In this document: positions 28,848 to 32,000 of the stretch, one piece after another
Numbering within the stretch: position 1 is the stretch's first letter
Layout: each line of letters opens with the position of its first letter
Source: Seinonella peptonophila
GTDB lineage: Bacteria > Bacillota > Bacilli > Thermoactinomycetales > Thermoactinomycetaceae
Assembly (NCBI RefSeq): GCF_900129355.1
Contig: NZ_FQVL01000001.1
Coordinates: 541,753-573,752, forward strand
Length of the DNA stretch: 32,000 nt
Direction: 5' to 3'
Notes under the pieces: model-generated
Told to the model about the DNA's origin: nothing
The model's input: only the letters and a program-made list of their open reading frames with translations
Database searches by the model: none
Program-made: the position numbers and the translations under genes

Positions 28848-29669
28848 TTATCTATGAAAAGTCCAATTCGAATGTGCATATTTTTCCTTAACTAACCTTT
28901 CCGCAAGATCCTCTTCATACTTTGATAACGCCCCTTTTCTAAACGAAACACCTAACCCTTCTGAAAACCCGTTCAAAAGTGCATTTTCAAGCTCCAATAT
29001 GGTAGGTAGTGGATGTAACCATTCTGCCAATGATGTGGATCTTCTTTGAAAATCGATTTGTAAATTTTGACGTTGTCTCTCTGAACGAAAATTTAGTAAC
29101 TGAAATAAAACATGATCATGCGATGCTAAAAGCAATGAACCATGTTGCAGCAACATATTATTTTGACGAGTTTGGGCACTTCCAACTAGTTTTCGTCCAT
29201 CAATCTCAATTTCATATGAGGAGGAAGTATCAAAACAAGCTGCCGATGTTAGAGATCCTTTTGTGATTGCCTTTGAATTTGTTTTAGATAGAGGCAAATC
29301 GAACTGTTTTAAGGCTACAACCAATCCTTGACTAATCCATCGGTGAGAATCGGTTATAGATTTTGGAACCATTTCATTTTCAAGCGGCGAGATTAAACTA
29401 TAAGTGACCTCTTGATCATGTAGGACAGCTCTTCCGCCTGTTAGTCTACGAACCATTTCTACATTGTGTAGCTTTAATTGATCCTTCTTTACTGCTTGCT
29501 CCGCTTTTTGAAAATAACCTATCGAAAGACCAGCAGGTTTCCAACCATATAAGCGTACAGTTGGTGGAACAAGACCTTTCCGACAAGCAATCATCATCGC
29601 CTCATCAATCGCCATGTTAAGCGCAGGATGAAATCTTTGATAAGTAAGAAATCGCCATTTCTTCCCCAT
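28848..29669 (-). CDS. lipM: Octanoyltransferase LipM (BPL/LPL family)
   Basis: MAIDEAMM, RRLTGGRAVLHDQEVTYS, catalytic-Cys region SAACFDTSSSYEIEIDGRKLVGSAQ. Confidence 0.93.
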   Translation of the reverse strand: MGKKWRFLTYQRFHPALNMAIDEAMMIACRKGLVPPTVRLYGWKPAGLSIGYFQKAEQAVKKDQLKLHNVEMVRRLTGGRAVLHDQEVTYSLISPLENEMVPKSITDSHRWISQGLVVALKQFDLPLSKTNSKAITKGSLTSAACFDTSSSYEIEIDGRKLVGSAQTRQNNMLLQHGSLLLASHDHVLFQLLNFRSERQRQNLQIDFQRRSTSLAEWLHPLPTILELENALLNGFSEGLGVSFRKGALSKYEEDLAERLVKEKYAHSNWTFHR

Positions 29670-30220
29670 TAACGATCCTCCTCATATTCAATTCGATGCT
29701 CAACTTGCTTTGGCAAATGATGAATACTCGTTCGAAGAAACGCTGGATAGAGTGGTGCATCTTTCAGTTCATCCAAAGGAATCCATTCAAATAGAAACTT
29801 GGAATCATTTTCTTCGATGGTAAATCTTGTTTGATCTAAAATCGGATTCCAATTGACCGGTTGAACTAAATAATAAAAGCACAGTTCATGAAAATTTGTG
29901 CCTTTATCCAGAAAAAAATTCTCTACTATGTAACATAGCCGATTAATCTTCACTTCAATCCCTAATTCTTCCTCCATTTCTCGAATGACCGTTTTGGTAG
30001 ATGGCTCAAACCATTCACACCTTCCGCCTGGCAACAACCATGTTTCCCAGTCAATAAATCGGTGTAAGAGAACTTTCTGTTGATGAATCAAGATTGCAGC
30101 TACCCGGTAATTAAAACGATCTTTTTCTTGATGAAATGATATCAATTTTGTACGCTCCATTCTTGTTCGAGTTTTATGCATCGTCCATGAAATTGCTGAA
30201 CATCTGTGCCATATGTCCAA
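29669..30220 (-). CDS. NUDIX hydrolase (start uncertain; 30160 or 30181 are alternatives)
   Basis: Complete Nudix box GRCEWFEPSTKTVIREMEEELGI. Confidence 0.88.
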   Translation of the reverse strand: MDIWHRCSAISWTMHKTRTRMERTKLISFHQEKDRFNYRVAAILIHQQKVLLHRFIDWETWLLPGGRCEWFEPSTKTVIREMEEELGIEVKINRLCYIVENFFLDKGTNFHELCFYYLVQPVNWNPILDQTRFTIEENDSKFLFEWIPLDELKDAPLYPAFLRTSIHHLPKQVEHRIEYEEDR

Positions 30221-30804
30221 TCTAATAACTTTGGTTGTAAATGATCTTCGTATGCTTGATACTCCATTTCACCCCTCCAACGTGTCACGACAAGGAAGCG
30301 ATCACGATCAATCTGTTCTTCAGCAAAAAAGCCTCCCAACATTCCAGGCGCATGTGACATGCTAAGATTCCAAACACTCTGCTGAACTAGCATAAATTGT
30401 TCTCTTTGCCCTGTTTTTACGCGAATATCACTAATTTTCATCAGGCTATCTTCATTTATAGGCCCAGCTAAGAAATCCTCGTCGACTTGTCCAGGTATAT
30501 CAATAATTTTTTCATATTCCTGGGTAGAGCAATAACGGACGAGATGTTGGGAAACACATATAGACTGATATTGATGATAATTTTGTTCGTAACTGTGCTG
30601 GTCTTTCCAACATGTTAAAATTGATGCCTCACTTGATTTCTCTACATTCCAACCACCTAACTGCCCTATTAATCCAGCGATCTGCAAATCTTGAATTCTA
30701 TTTGCTTGCGCTTCCGAAAAAGCTTGCCGCTGTGAAATGGGCACTTTACAAATTGTCCATGTCACAATCATGTCAGGGTCCCCTTTATCAGAGAAAATCA
30801 CCAA
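30142..30804 (-). CDS. DUF4937 (YdbC-like) protein
   Basis: IVTWTICKVPISQRQAFSEAQANRIQDLQIAGLIGQLGGWNV...ASILTCWKDQHSYEQNYH resembles YdbC/DUF4937. Confidence 0.7.
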   Translation of the reverse strand: MVIFSDKGDPDMIVTWTICKVPISQRQAFSEAQANRIQDLQIAGLIGQLGGWNVEKSSEASILTCWKDQHSYEQNYHQYQSICVSQHLVRYCSTQEYEKIIDIPGQVDEDFLAGPINEDSLMKISDIRVKTGQREQFMLVQQSVWNLSMSHAPGMLGGFFAEEQIDRDRFLVVTRWRGEMEYQAYEDHLQPKLLDWTYGTDVQQFHGRCIKLEQEWSVQN

Positions 30805-31002
30805 AATAATCCATAAACACCATTTCTGTTTCTCTGTTTATTTGCTTTTTCCTTTTTCATTCGTTGATAATCAGATATGAAGTCAAAGTAACTATTTCCA
30901 CATTTTCTTTTAACAAAAACCCATTCACTCAAGATAATCCAATTAAGATTCTTATGCATATTAAAATAATTTGTTTCTGCATTCTAATAGATAAACTGTA
31001 AA

Positions 31003-31037
31003 TAAAAAACTCCAGTGTTTGATCACAAACCTGGAGT
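31003..31037 (-). terminator. Rho-independent terminator downstream of gcvPB
   Basis: Minus strand ACTCCAGGTTTG-TGAT-CAAACACTGGAGTTTTTTA. Confidence 0.9.
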
Positions 31038-31120
31038 CAATTCGTAAACAAAGATCATTCTATTTCTTAGTCATTTTCTACATTGAATATACATATCTAA
31101 AGTTATCTGCATTGATAGAA

Positions 31121-32000
31121 CTAGTCCTCTTTTCTCCATCGTAAAACTGGCTTTCTAGCTGCTCGCACTTCATCTAATCGCTTCACAACTGTCGTATGTG
31201 GAGCATCTTGAACAAGTTCTGGCTCATGTTCAATCTCCTTGGCAATTTGCAGCATCACATCTATAAATTGATCTAATGTTTCTTTGCTCTCTGTTTCTGT
31301 TGGTTCAATCATCATAGATTCTTCTACGATTAACGGAAAGTAGATGGTAGGTGGATGAATTCCAAAATCGAGTAAGCGTTTTGCGATGTCCAGTGTCCGA
31401 ACGCCTTGCTCCTTTTGTCTTTTACCAGAAAAGACAAATTCATGCATACAGTAACCTTTATAAGGAACATCATAAGCTTCTGCTAGAGATGCCAGTAAGT
31501 AATTTGCATGAAGCACTGCATTTTCCGATACTTTTTTCAAACCATCTGAACCCATCGTCCGAATGTAAGTATATGCACGAACAAGAATTCCAAAGTTTCC
31601 ATAATAGCTCTTCACTCTGCCAATAGACTGTAATAAGCCGTCTTTCAAATGATAGGTGCCATCTTCATTCTGTTCAATTATGGGTGAAGGAAGGAATGGA
31701 ACTAATGCATTTTTTACACCAACTGGTCCCGCTCCTGGTCCGCCGCCACCATGAGGGGTTGTAAATGTCTTATGCAAATTGAGATGAACAACATCAAAAC
31801 CCATATCTCCCGGTCTTGAAATTCCCAAAATAGCATTTGCATTTGCCCCATCATAATAGAGCATACCGCCAGCTTGGTGAACAAGGTTAGCTATTTCGAT
31901 TATTTCCCGTTCAAATAATCCTAGTGTGTTTGGATTGGTTAACATTAAAGCAGCAGTATCTTCACCTAACACTTGACGGAGATGCTCAATGCTTACAAGC
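31121..32000 (-). CDS. gcvPB: Glycine dehydrogenase (decarboxylating) subunit 2, 5' part beyond the window
   Basis: [14 protein letters not shown]...[12 protein letters not shown]...[28 protein letters not shown] (PLP lysine motif). The frame stays open past the track start (GTG 31972) to the window edge ([13 protein letters not shown]). Confidence 0.96.
   Translation of the reverse strand, partial: LVSIEHLRQVLGEDTAALMLTNPNTLGLFEREIIEIANLVHQAGGMLYYDGANANAILGISRPGDMGFDVVHLNLHKTFTTPHGGGGPGAGPVGVKNALVPFLPSPIIEQNEDGTYHLKDGLLQSIGRVKSYYGNFGILVRAYTYIRTMGSDGLKKVSENAVLHANYLLASLAEAYDVPYKGYCMHEFVFSGKRQKEQGVRTLDIAKRLLDFGIHPPTIYFPLIVEESMMIEPTETESKETLDQFIDVMLQIAKEIEHEPELVQDAPHTTVVKRLDEVRAARKPVLRWRKED

Noticed and set aside
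1-32000. CRISPR arrays, IS elements, phage genes, tRNA/rRNA genes
   Set aside because: No regularly spaced repeats, transposase or integrase-like ORFs, or cloverleaf sequences were seen by eye.

Overview
The window is mostly a conserved Firmicutes chromosomal segment with B. subtilis yqh/spoIIIA-type gene order. It looks like an AT-rich spore-former of the Thermoactinomycetaceae type; the taxon is inference. Read along the minus strand from right to left: gcvPB (cut by the window edge), DUF4937 protein, NUDIX hydrolase, lipM, two tandem membrane pseudokinase-like proteins, a metallophosphoesterase, mntR, a patatin-like phospholipase (yqhO), a PrcB-like protein, aroQ, yqhT-type peptidase, efp, a CvfC-like Nfu+HEAT protein, a zinc-ribbon protein, spoIIIAA-AH, accB, accC, asp23/amaP/DUF2273, nusB, xseA, xseB, ispA, dxs and tlyA/yqxC (cut by the left edge and missing from the ORF track). 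Plus-strand genes are a high-GC orphan ORF, an MFS transporter, a DUF441 protein, yqhQ (DUF1385) and yqhP. Main items for a second look: (1) tandem paralogous pseudokinase-TM-ectodomain proteins at 25293-28747 next to a metallophosphoesterase with a GNHC instead of GNHD/E motif; (2) a possible translational attenuator with a 12-aa leader peptide upstream of the patatin gene (23673-23755); (3) a sharply bounded high-GC island (about 14495-15077) with an orphan 171-aa ORF, an upstream 49-aa ORF with alternative hairpins, and a 38-nt perfect palindrome as terminator; (4) a hairpin that seems to bridge the Shine-Dalgarno and start codon of the PrcB-like gene (22533-22615). I found no CRISPR array, transposase, tRNA or rRNA.
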